DNA from: Desulfobacterales bacterium
Lineage (GTDB): Bacteria; Desulfobacterota; Desulfobacteria; Desulfobacterales; UBA2174
NCBI GenBank assembly: GCA_963668645.2
Contig: CAXXWC010000021.1
Location: forward strand, 864,001 to 928,000
Reading direction: 5' to 3'
DNA length: 64,000 nucleotides
The position numbers and the translations under genes are program-made. Below are positions 10,143 through 18,890 of the stretch, piece after piece. Within the stretch, counting starts at the first letter, position 1. Every line of letters starts with the position of its first letter. Below the pieces are notes generated by a model. That model worked only from the letters and a program-made list of their open reading frames with translations. It had not been told where the DNA came from and ran no database searches.

Positions 10143-10958
10143 TTATCGTTGTGTGGACGCAGGCAAAATCCCAGCTCCTGCGCCGGCCCCATCGTCGAGC
10201 CCGGGCCGCACAAAGGCACGGGCCTCGGGAAAGCTCCATTCCGTGGCCCGGCGCAGCCGTTCCAATTGGCAGAGAAATTCGAGGATCTGTGCTTCCGCTT
10301 GAGGGATATGGGGCAAAAGGCCGGACCAGGCCGCGGTCGAGCGCTCGATGGCGATCAGGGCCACCTTAGCCGAGCCGTCCGCGTCCCGGGGGACATCCTC
10401 CATGCCGTCCAGGGTCTCGTCACCGAGTACGGCCCGATAGAGCTTGGCATGGATCAGGGGCTGGTACCACAAGATCACCTCCACCAGGTCGCTGGCCCGG
10501 GCGGCCGGCGGGCCGGAGCCGACCACCCGCAGGTCCGGCCGGTTGGGCGCTCCGCTCAGGGCACCGATTTCGGCCAACCACCCTTCCCACAGGGTCAACC
10601 ACTGGTGTACGGAATCGGCGTACTTCGTGGCCGAACGGACCAGAATATGGTCGCGGGTTGCGTCGCGGCGCCGGTCTTCTTCCCCCTCGTCGGGAATCTG
10701 GTCCAGATCGATCCCCATCTCCTCGGCCATCTCATGCACCATGGCCACCGCAGTCTCGAAAATATCCGCCAACCGGCCCCAGATATCATCTTTTTCCGGG
10801 TCGCCGGGGGAGTCGGTTTCGGCCCGCTCCATGGCAAAGACCGAGCAGCGCGATGTCATCGGACAACGCTGGCACCAGCGGTCGCAATAGTTGTGGATGC
10901 CGGTGATGAAAGCCGGATCGGCAACCATGCGCCTGATTCGCTCGGTTTTTTCCGACAT
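10143..10958 (-). CDS. Conserved hypothetical protein with N-terminal Cys cluster
   Basis: HNYCDRWCQRCPMTSRC, DADGSAKVAL, FPEARAFVRPGLD. Confidence 0.7.
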   Translation of the reverse strand: MSEKTERIRRMVADPAFITGIHNYCDRWCQRCPMTSRCSVFAMERAETDSPGDPEKDDIWGRLADIFETAVAMVHEMAEEMGIDLDQIPDEGEEDRRRDATRDHILVRSATKYADSVHQWLTLWEGWLAEIGALSGAPNRPDLRVVGSGPPAARASDLVEVILWYQPLIHAKLYRAVLGDETLDGMEDVPRDADGSAKVALIAIERSTAAWSGLLPHIPQAEAQILEFLCQLERLRRATEWSFPEARAFVRPGLDDGAGAGAGILPASTQR

Positions 10959-11013
10959 CGAAATCTTTCCGGGTTTCGGTTCCAAAAGAAAAAAGCGCCC
11001 AGGGTGCAGTTAC

Positions 11014-11823
11014 TTACCCTTCTTTGGGTTTTAGCGAGTCCGCGCGCGTCACGCTTTCCTGCAACCGCAAGAAGTTGCCCCCCAGCACCGCGGCTTCCGC
11101 TTCCGGCGCCAGCCCCAGGCGCCGCACCTTGGCCAGTTCGGCCGCCGGGCTGCCGAAGGGGAAATCCGATCCGAACAAAAGCCGGTGGTGCCCGTAGCAG
11201 CGGACGTATTCGCGAATTTCGCCGCTGGCGGCCAGGGCCGTGTCGGCCCAGACATTGTCGAGGTCCCAGAGCCCTTCCCGGGCGATTGCGCCGAATCCAC
11301 CGTTAAGCATGCCCAGATGGGGGATGATCACCGTGATGCCACCGGCCAGTTCGCGCACGAAGCGCACCGTGTTGCCCCACTCTTCTTCCAGTACCACGGG
11401 CAGGCGGCGGCGCCGGATTTCATCCAGCACAGCGTCACAGCGGCAGGTCTCGTAATGGTAAACCGGCTCGTCGGCGTGCCGGTGCCACTTGATACCGCAA
11501 TGGGACGCTGCGAGCTGTTCGACGGCAAAATCGTTCCAGACGAAAAAATATGGATAAACGGTGAATCCGGAAGGGTCAAGAGAAAGCAGATAGGCGTTGC
11601 TCTGCCGGCGGTGGTGGCGCCAGGCCGGATCGTCCGTAAAATCCGGGTCGTAGCGATCGTAAATCTCCTGGACCGGGGAAAAAAGGGCCGCGCCGCCGAT
11701 CCGCGTCCCCGCCAGATGCCCCCGGTAGTCCTCCAAGGTCTGCGGCGCGCTGCGGTCCATCGTCCCGCAGTGAACATGGGCGTCGATCAACACCGCTGCC
11801 TCGCCTTGTTCGAATGCCGCCAT
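11014..11823 (-). CDS. Amidohydrolase family (Amidohydro_2) protein
   Basis: IDAHVH, GIKWH, IIPHLG, WADTA, LFGSDFPF. Confidence 0.88.
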   Translation of the reverse strand: MAAFEQGEAAVLIDAHVHCGTMDRSAPQTLEDYRGHLAGTRIGGAALFSPVQEIYDRYDPDFTDDPAWRHHRRQSNAYLLSLDPSGFTVYPYFFVWNDFAVEQLAASHCGIKWHRHADEPVYHYETCRCDAVLDEIRRRRLPVVLEEEWGNTVRFVRELAGGITVIIPHLGMLNGGFGAIAREGLWDLDNVWADTALAASGEIREYVRCYGHHRLLFGSDFPFGSPAAELAKVRRLGLAPEAEAAVLGGNFLRLQESVTRADSLKPKEG

Positions 11824-12158
11824 TTCTCAAATCCCCCGGCCTGGACCAGCGCGTTCAAAAAGGGGGCCTGATGCCCTCACCGTCCGGGATTTACAGGCTG
11901 TGCGGATATGATCATCACAATTTGCGGCGCTTGACAAGCGATCCCTTCTGCAGGCATCAATTCACGGTGAACCCGAAATGGCTGGGACCGGATTGGAAAG
12001 ACGGCAGGGACCGGCGAGCGCCGGATGATTAAATTTTTGTAACCAAGCCTTGAAAAGCGCGACATAATAGACAGTCTCGCATGACGTAGGATGTGCAACG
12101 CCAATCCAGGCGCCGGGATAATGCACCCGGTGCTGCAAAACGCAAAAAGGGGGCGGCC

Positions 12159-14087
12159 ATGAAATCCATCGCCCGGTTTATCGCCCTGGTCCTTTTCTTT
12201 CTGCCCAACCCCGGGGCTGCGCAAGACAATCCGGCCGTCATCGGACGGATCACTGAAATCACCGGCGGCCAGTTACTGCGCTATGACAGCGAAGCCCGCG
12301 AGTGGGTCCAGCTGGTTGCCGATTCCCCTTTCGGCATTGAGGATGCTCTGTATACCGAGGAGCAAACCCGAGCGGAGATTCTCATCCCCAACGGCACCTT
12401 GGTGCGACTGGAAGGTAACACCCAGATCCTGACCGTTTCCCTCGATGAAGATCTGACCCAGCTGCGCCTGTCTTCCGGGCTCAGCCGCGTCATCAGCCGC
12501 GACAACGGCGCCGGGATCAAAATTTCAACCGGCTTCGGGAGCGTCCTCGTACCGTCCGGCGCCACTGCCGACGTGGCCGCCGACGCGCAGGGCGCAACCG
12601 TTATCGCCGTCGGCGCCGATGTGCAGGTGGTGACTGAAAACGGTGCCACCTTCCAGGTCAAAAACGGCGATTCCCTCCATCTCACCGGCCAATCGGTGGA
12701 ATCGATCGCCGCCACACCGGCCCCGTCCTGGGCCGAATGGAACCTTGCACGTGACCGGCTCTGGGCCTCACGGGCCGCCGATGCCGCCTCTGCGCACCAT
12801 CTGCCCGCCACCCTGGTACCGTATACCTACGAGTTGGACGCCTACGGGGAGTGGCGTTCGGTATTCTATGCAGGCGGATACCACTGGCTCTGGCGCCCGA
12901 CCCGCATCGCCGCCGGCTGGGCGCCGTATACCTACGGCCGCTGGGTGACCTGGTACGCCGATCCGTGCTGGATTCCGGAAGAACCTTTCGGTTATGTAAC
13001 GCACCATTACGGAAGCTGGGAGTTCATCCACGGTCTCTGGTTTTGGGTCCCGCCGGGAGTCGGCATCAACATCGGCCTGGGCCTCGGCTGGTACCCGGGG
13101 CGCGTCGGTTGGGTGAGCTACGGCAGTTATATCGGCTGGTATCCGCTGCTGTGGAACGAACCCTGGTATGCCCACCGCCATTGGGGCCCGCACAGCCGTC
13201 CCTACGCCGGCTATCGATCCGGGCCCCACCACCATGCAGGGCGGGCTGTGGTGATCGATCAGCAGTATTTTCATCGCGGCCGCAGCTATGCCGGACATCG
13301 CCACCCGGGCTTCGATCCGCACCGCTTCAAGCCCCGCCGCGACCCTTACCAGATATCGGGGCTCGCAAAGGATCCCCGCCGGTTCTACACCACGGGCGCC
13401 CCCGCAATCCGGATTCCCGGCCCGGCGGCCACCGCCGGCGTGAGACGGCACATGGAGAACCGGCATCGCTCACCGTCCGCGTTTCGCCCCTCAGGGGCCA
13501 AAAACCACCGTCATCCCCCCTTGAAAGTCAAGCCCAGCACAGCTGCGCCTGCCGGCCCCAAGGCAAAACAGAGGACCCGGTCCGGTCAACACCAGTGGTC
13601 GAGCCAGCACCGGGACCACGCCAAATTCGGGCCCACCCCCGGGCCCCTCAATAGTATGCCATCGCGAAGGCCCAATCGGCCGTTGAACATGACCGGCGGC
13701 GACCAACCCGGTCCCAAACCAAGGGCCGCACGGCAGACCAGAACCACCGGGGCCCAAAAACCGTCTCAGGTAAATCCGGCCCGGCCCCAACTGCCCGACC
13801 GCCAGAGACCGGCCCTGTCATCGCCCAAGCCGCGGCGCCAAAACGCATCGTCCCTGCCTCGCCGAGAAGTGCCGTCCGCTCCGGCAAACTCAAAGCCACC
13901 GCGCCAGCAGGCCGCCTCAAAACAGCAGGCACCCGAGCCCCGGACGCCGTCTCCATCATCGCGGCCAAGACAGGAAGTATCTTCCCTGCCGCAACCGCGT
14001 TCCTCCCCCCGAACGCCCCACCGCAGCATACCCAGAGCGGCATCCACAGGCAAGGACTCAGGATCTCCGGGTTATGGGCGGCCGTGA
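12159..14087 (+). CDS. Secreted FecR-domain / DUF6600 protein with Pro-rich tail
   Basis: Signal peptide, FecR-like RAEILIPNGTLVRLEGNT, WAPYTYGRW...EPFGYVTHHYGSW, low-complexity C-terminus. Confidence 0.8.
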   Translation: MKSIARFIALVLFFLPNPGAAQDNPAVIGRITEITGGQLLRYDSEAREWVQLVADSPFGIEDALYTEEQTRAEILIPNGTLVRLEGNTQILTVSLDEDLTQLRLSSGLSRVISRDNGAGIKISTGFGSVLVPSGATADVAADAQGATVIAVGADVQVVTENGATFQVKNGDSLHLTGQSVESIAATPAPSWAEWNLARDRLWASRAADAASAHHLPATLVPYTYELDAYGEWRSVFYAGGYHWLWRPTRIAAGWAPYTYGRWVTWYADPCWIPEEPFGYVTHHYGSWEFIHGLWFWVPPGVGINIGLGLGWYPGRVGWVSYGSYIGWYPLLWNEPWYAHRHWGPHSRPYAGYRSGPHHHAGRAVVIDQQYFHRGRSYAGHRHPGFDPHRFKPRRDPYQISGLAKDPRRFYTTGAPAIRIPGPAATAGVRRHMENRHRSPSAFRPSGAKNHRHPPLKVKPSTAAPAGPKAKQRTRSGQHQWSSQHRDHAKFGPTPGPLNSMPSRRPNRPLNMTGGDQPGPKPRAARQTRTTGAQKPSQVNPARPQLPDRQRPALSSPKPRRQNASSLPRREVPSAPANSKPPRQQAASKQQAPEPRTPSPSSRPRQEVSSLPQPRSSPRTPHRSIPRAASTGKDSGSPGYGRP

Positions 14088-14097
14088 GTTTGCGGCA

Positions 14098-14149
14098 ATA
14101 ATTGGCCTGTACGATTTTCACCATAATTGGATGTTGTGAGCAACCAATT
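14098..14149. promoter_or_regulatory. Putative MocR-family operator
   Basis: ATAATTGG direct repeats at 14098 and 14123 plus inverted CCAATT at 14144, directly upstream of the MocR gene. Confidence 0.5.
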
Positions 14150-14210
14150 TAGCAGCTATCGTCTCCTCCGAAAACCGTGATCTTTTAGCAACCACCGGAG
14201 GCGACCGCTC

Positions 14211-15719
14211 ATGGGCGTCCTGCTGCAAATCGACCAATGTTCCAACGTTCCGCTGTTCCGCCAGATCATGGACCAGATCATCCAACTGGTGGACAGCGAA
14301 ACCCTGCGCCCGGGCGATCGACTGCCCGCGACCCGGGACATGGCCGAACGGCTCTCGGTCCACCGCTCCACGGTCTACCGGGCCTACCAGGAGCTTTGGT
14401 CCCTGGGCTATCTGGAGAGCCGGCCCGGCTCCTATTCGACGGTACGCCAGCGGCCCAAGGTGGTCCCGGCCGGCCCCCGGCCCGGCAAAGGCCTGATTGC
14501 CTGGGATCAGAGGGCGACAGCGGTCAGTGAAGCCCTCTACCGGGCACACTGCGCCGAGGAGTCCTTTTTCCGCAATACCGGCCGGTCCGATCTGATCAAT
14601 TTCATCCCCCTGTCGCCTGACAGCCGTCTCTTTCCCATCGATGAATTCCGGCGCTGCATGAACCATGTGCTGGCTCGCGAAGGGGTGGACCTGCTGCAAT
14701 ACGGAACCCCTCTGGGCCACGGCCCCTTGAGGGCTTTTATCGCCGAACGGATGCGCCTGCACGGGGTATCGGTGACCGAAGACGAAATCATGATCACCAC
14801 CGGGGCCCAGAACGCCATCGAAAGGCTGCTGCGGTTGCTGGCCGCCCCCGGTGCGCGGGTGGCCTTCGAGTCGCCGACCTATTCACGGGCCATGGACATC
14901 TTCCGCCTGGACCAAGTCGAAATGGTCGGCGTCCCCATGACCGCCTCGGGAATGGACCTCGGCGCCCTGGAAACGATCATGGCCCAGGATCCGCCGGCCC
15001 TGGTCTACACCATTCCCAATTTTCACAATCCCACCGGAATCACCACGGACCAGGGCCACCGGGAGCGTCTTCTGGCGATCTGTGAACACCATCGTGTGCC
15101 GCTGGTTGAAGACGGCTTCGAAGAGGAGATGAAATATTTCGGCAAGGCCGTTTTGCCCATCAAGTCCATGGACCATAAGGGCATCGTCGTTTACCTGGGC
15201 ACCTTTTCCAAGATCCTCTTTCCCGGGCTGCGCATCGGGTGGATCGCAGCGGACCGCGGATGCATCGAGCGGCTGGCGCCGATTCAAAGGGCACTGATCC
15301 TCTCGGGCAACCTGCTCGACCAGGCGGCCCTGCACCGTTTTTGCCGCATGGGTTACTACGATTTGCACATCAACCGCATGCACCGCATCTACCGCAAGCG
15401 GATGCAAACCGCCCTCAAGGCCCTTAGAGCGACCCTGGCCGCAGATCACCGCATCTCCTGGGCCGAACCCTGCGGCGGCTACACCGTCTGGCTCTGTCTC
15501 AACGACCCGGACCAGAGCGACGAGCGGGTCGCTGCGGCCCTGCGCGACCACGGCGTCATGGTCCTGCCGGGAAGTTACCATTTCCATGGAAGCTCGAAGG
15601 GCATCTACTTCCGGCTTTCCATCGCCCATCTGGAGGAGGCGGCCATCGTGGAGGGAATCCGGCGCCTGGCCCTGGGATTGGACGCGCTACGGCGCAAACA
15701 TGAAAGGAGAACCCCGTGA
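14211..15719 (+). CDS. MocR/GntR-family regulator with PLP aminotransferase domain (PdxR-like)
   Basis: N-terminal wHTH LRPGDRLPATR...YRAYQEL; PNFHNPTG, GTFSKILFPGLRIGW; heads the pdxST operon. Confidence 0.9.
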   Translation: MGVLLQIDQCSNVPLFRQIMDQIIQLVDSETLRPGDRLPATRDMAERLSVHRSTVYRAYQELWSLGYLESRPGSYSTVRQRPKVVPAGPRPGKGLIAWDQRATAVSEALYRAHCAEESFFRNTGRSDLINFIPLSPDSRLFPIDEFRRCMNHVLAREGVDLLQYGTPLGHGPLRAFIAERMRLHGVSVTEDEIMITTGAQNAIERLLRLLAAPGARVAFESPTYSRAMDIFRLDQVEMVGVPMTASGMDLGALETIMAQDPPALVYTIPNFHNPTGITTDQGHRERLLAICEHHRVPLVEDGFEEEMKYFGKAVLPIKSMDHKGIVVYLGTFSKILFPGLRIGWIAADRGCIERLAPIQRALILSGNLLDQAALHRFCRMGYYDLHINRMHRIYRKRMQTALKALRATLAADHRISWAEPCGGYTVWLCLNDPDQSDERVAAALRDHGVMVLPGSYHFHGSSKGIYFRLSIAHLEEAAIVEGIRRLALGLDALRRKHERRTP

Positions 15720-16912
15720 TGGACAGTCGGGTACCCCCCACCGAGCTTCTGGGCTATCCCGGCCATGAGATGCTCATCAACGACATCGTCCGGGCCAGCG
15801 GCTGCTCTTTGTGGGATGCGGCCGGCAGACGCTACGTCGATCTGGAATCCGGCGTCTGGTGCACCTCTGTGGGCCACGGCCACCCGGATCTGCTGCGCGT
15901 GATGGGCGAACAGGCGGCGAAAATCGCCCACACCGGCTTTGGCTACACGGCTCCGGTGGTGGCTCAGGCGGCCCGGGACATCCTTGATCTGCTGGGGTTT
16001 GCCGGCGGCCGGTGCGTGTTTTTGTGCTCGGGCAGCGAAGCGGTGGAATACGGCCTGCGCCTGGCGCGCCTGCTCATCGGGCGGCCCTTGATGCTGACCA
16101 TGGCCGATTCGTACTTCGGCGCCTACGGCGCGGCCAGCACCCGGAACCCGGACCAGTGGCACACCTTCGACTGGTCGGCCTGCGATCCGTGCCCGCACGA
16201 CGGCCCGTGCGGTGCGCATTGCCACCGCTGGGCAACGATCCCCCTGGAAGACACCGGCGGGTTCCTCTTCGAGCCGGGAAGTTCGTCGGGGCTGGTACGC
16301 TTTCCCCCGCCGAAGCTCATCGAGGCCATTGTCTCCCGGGTGCGCCGCAACGAGGGCCTGATCATCGTCAACGAGGTCACCACCGGCATCGGGCGCACCG
16401 GTCGCTGGTTCGGGTTCCAGCACTACGATCTGGTCCCGGACATCGTGGCCATGGGCAAGGGCATCGGCAACGGGTATCCGGTCAGCGTAACGGCCGTCGG
16501 ACCGGCTGCAGCGGCAAGATTGGGCGCCGTTGAGGTGGCCTACGCCCAGTCCCACCAGAACGATCCTCTGGGCGCGGCCGTGGCCCGGGAGGTGATCCGG
16601 ATCATCCGGGAAAATGACCTGATCGCCCGCAGCCGGGAAAAGGCCGCCCTGCTGCAGGACGGTCTGGAAAAGATCCGCCGGCGCACCGGCAAGATCCGCG
16701 CCATACGTGCCAGGGGTCTGATGATCGCCCTGGAGATGGCGGACGAACCTGCTGCCATCGATTTGCACCGCCGGCTGGCGCGTCACGGGTACGTGGCGGC
16801 GCGCCGGCCAGGCTTGAACGTGCTGCGCCTCGACCCCAGCCTGACCATCGAGATCGCCGACCTCCAGGGGTTTCTCGAAAAACTGGAGCATATCCTCTCC
16901 CGGACCCGATGA
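15716..16912 (+). CDS. Class III PLP-dependent aminotransferase
   Basis: LWDAAGRRYVD, SGSEAVE, NEVTTGIGRTG, PDIVAMGKG; GTGA overlap with upstream gene. Confidence 0.88.
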   Translation: MMDSRVPPTELLGYPGHEMLINDIVRASGCSLWDAAGRRYVDLESGVWCTSVGHGHPDLLRVMGEQAAKIAHTGFGYTAPVVAQAARDILDLLGFAGGRCVFLCSGSEAVEYGLRLARLLIGRPLMLTMADSYFGAYGAASTRNPDQWHTFDWSACDPCPHDGPCGAHCHRWATIPLEDTGGFLFEPGSSSGLVRFPPPKLIEAIVSRVRRNEGLIIVNEVTTGIGRTGRWFGFQHYDLVPDIVAMGKGIGNGYPVSVTAVGPAAAARLGAVEVAYAQSHQNDPLGAAVAREVIRIIRENDLIARSREKAALLQDGLEKIRRRTGKIRAIRARGLMIALEMADEPAAIDLHRRLARHGYVAARRPGLNVLRLDPSLTIEIADLQGFLEKLEHILSRTR

Positions 16913-16957
16913 GGGACCGGATCAACTGTTGAACATCTTTGACCAAAGGAGAATCCG

Positions 16958-17878
16958 ATGTCATCCACCCCAAACGAAAACCTCCAGGCCGACGAACGCC
17001 AGACCGGCAGCCAAACCGTTAAACGCGGATTGGCCCAGATGCTCAAGGGCGGCGTGATCATGGACGTGGTCACACCGCAACACGCAGTGATCGCCGAAAC
17101 CGCCGGCGCCGTGGCCGTGATGGCCCTCGAACGCGTTCCGGCCGATATCCGGGCCCACGGCGGTGTGGCGCGCATGTCCGATCCGGGCCTGATCCGGGAG
17201 ATCATGGCCTCCGTGACCATCCCGGTGATGGCCAAATGCCGCATCGGCCACTTTGTCGAGGCCCAGATCCTCCAGGCCGTGGGCGTCGACTACATCGATG
17301 AGAGCGAGGTGCTCACGCCGGCCGACGAGCGCTACCATGTGGACAAGGACAAATTCAAGGTCCCCTTTGTCTGCGGCTGCCGCAATCTGGGCGAGGCCCT
17401 GCGGCGCATCGGGGAAGGTGCGGCCATGATCCGCACCAAGGGAGAGGCCGGCACCGGGGATGTGGTCGAAGCCGTACGCCACGCCCGCACGGTTCTCGGA
17501 GATATCCGCCGTTTGCAGGTCATGCCCGAGGAGGAGCTGGTCACCTTTGCCAAGGAGACCGGCGCCCCCCTGGAGCTGGTGCGCGAAACCCGGGCCCTGG
17601 GCCGCTTGCCGGTGGTCAATTTCGCCGCCGGCGGCATTGCCACCCCGGCCGATGCGGCTCTGATGATGCAGCTCGGGGTGGACGGCGTCTTCGTGGGTTC
17701 GGGGATCTTCAAAAGCGACGATCCGGCCCGGCGGGCCAAGGCCATCGTGGAGGCCACGGCCCACTTCGACAACGCCGAGATCCTGGCCCGGGTCAGTGAA
17801 AATCTGGGGGCGCCCATGGTGGGCATCAACGTCGGCTCTCTTGAAGACGGCCAGCGTATGGCCCAACGGGGGTGGTAG
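16958..17878 (+). CDS. pdxS: Pyridoxal 5'-phosphate synthase lyase subunit
   Basis: [46 protein letters not shown]. Confidence 0.97.
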   Translation: MSSTPNENLQADERQTGSQTVKRGLAQMLKGGVIMDVVTPQHAVIAETAGAVAVMALERVPADIRAHGGVARMSDPGLIREIMASVTIPVMAKCRIGHFVEAQILQAVGVDYIDESEVLTPADERYHVDKDKFKVPFVCGCRNLGEALRRIGEGAAMIRTKGEAGTGDVVEAVRHARTVLGDIRRLQVMPEEELVTFAKETGAPLELVRETRALGRLPVVNFAAGGIATPADAALMMQLGVDGVFVGSGIFKSDDPARRAKAIVEATAHFDNAEILARVSENLGAPMVGINVGSLEDGQRMAQRGW

Positions 17879-17889
17879 CGGTGAAACGG

Positions 17890-18522
17890 ATGAGAATCGG
17901 TATTCTCGCCCTCCAGGGCGGCGTGGCCGAACACGCCGCCTCGCTGCGCAAGGTCGGGGCCACGCCGGTGGAAGTGCGGCTGCCTGAGCAGATGGAAGAC
18001 CTGGACGGAATGATTCTGCCCGGCGGGGAGAGCACCACCATCGGCAAACTGGCCCAGCGCTTCGCCCTGATCGAAGCCCTGCACCGGTTTGCCGCGATCC
18101 GGCCCATCTGGGGCACCTGCGCCGGCATGATCCTGCTGGCCCGGGACATCGGCGGGACCGATCAGCCCCTGCTGGGGGTTATGGACATCCAGGTCCGGCG
18201 CAACGCCTTCGGCCGCCAAGTGGACAGTTTCACCGCCTCCCTGATCGTACCCGAAATCGAGGACGGCCAAACCCGTCCCTTCCCGGCGGTGTTCATCCGC
18301 GCGCCACAGCTTGTCTCGGTCGGCCCAAAGGGCCGGGTACTGGCCCGCCTGGCCGGTGGCACACTGGTGGCGGCCCGTGAGGGCCGCTTTCTGGCCACGG
18401 CCTTCCATCCCGAACTGACCGCCGACACCCGTTTCCACCGCTATTTTTTTAAGATGATCGAGGAGGCCCCGCCGGCCACGGCCGCCGGCGGTTCCGTGCC
18501 TCCTGCCAATCCTGTTGCCTGA
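17890..18522 (+). CDS. pdxT: Pyridoxal 5'-phosphate synthase glutaminase subunit
   Basis: GILALQG, LPGGESTT, GTCAG, RNAFGRQVDSF, FHPE. Confidence 0.96.
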   Translation: MRIGILALQGGVAEHAASLRKVGATPVEVRLPEQMEDLDGMILPGGESTTIGKLAQRFALIEALHRFAAIRPIWGTCAGMILLARDIGGTDQPLLGVMDIQVRRNAFGRQVDSFTASLIVPEIEDGQTRPFPAVFIRAPQLVSVGPKGRVLARLAGGTLVAAREGRFLATAFHPELTADTRFHRYFFKMIEEAPPATAAGGSVPPANPVA

Positions 18523-18890
18523 TCCGCAGGCCTTTTGCCCGGCGGGGCCCTTCGGCCAGTCTGATCTCCGGCCACCGCCCTCCCCTGCCCCGCGATGCGT
18601 CCGTGCCGCGGCACATCGAGGCCGCCTTTGCACCCCACCTGCGGCAAGATCCAGGCCAATAATAGCGCCGCAATCCCTCCGTACCCCCCATCCGTGCACC
18701 CAGCACAGCCGCATGAAAAAGCCGGGCGTCGCCTTCGCAAAAAGGGCCGCGGACACATGGCCCTTCCCGGCCGGATGAATCATCCATATTGATGAATACG
18801 GCCGGTTGTAATAAAACTGCGCGGCAAAACGACGGGCTGCCTGCAGTCCATCTGACCCGGAACATGTTATTGCGGTGCCTAAGAAGCCCG

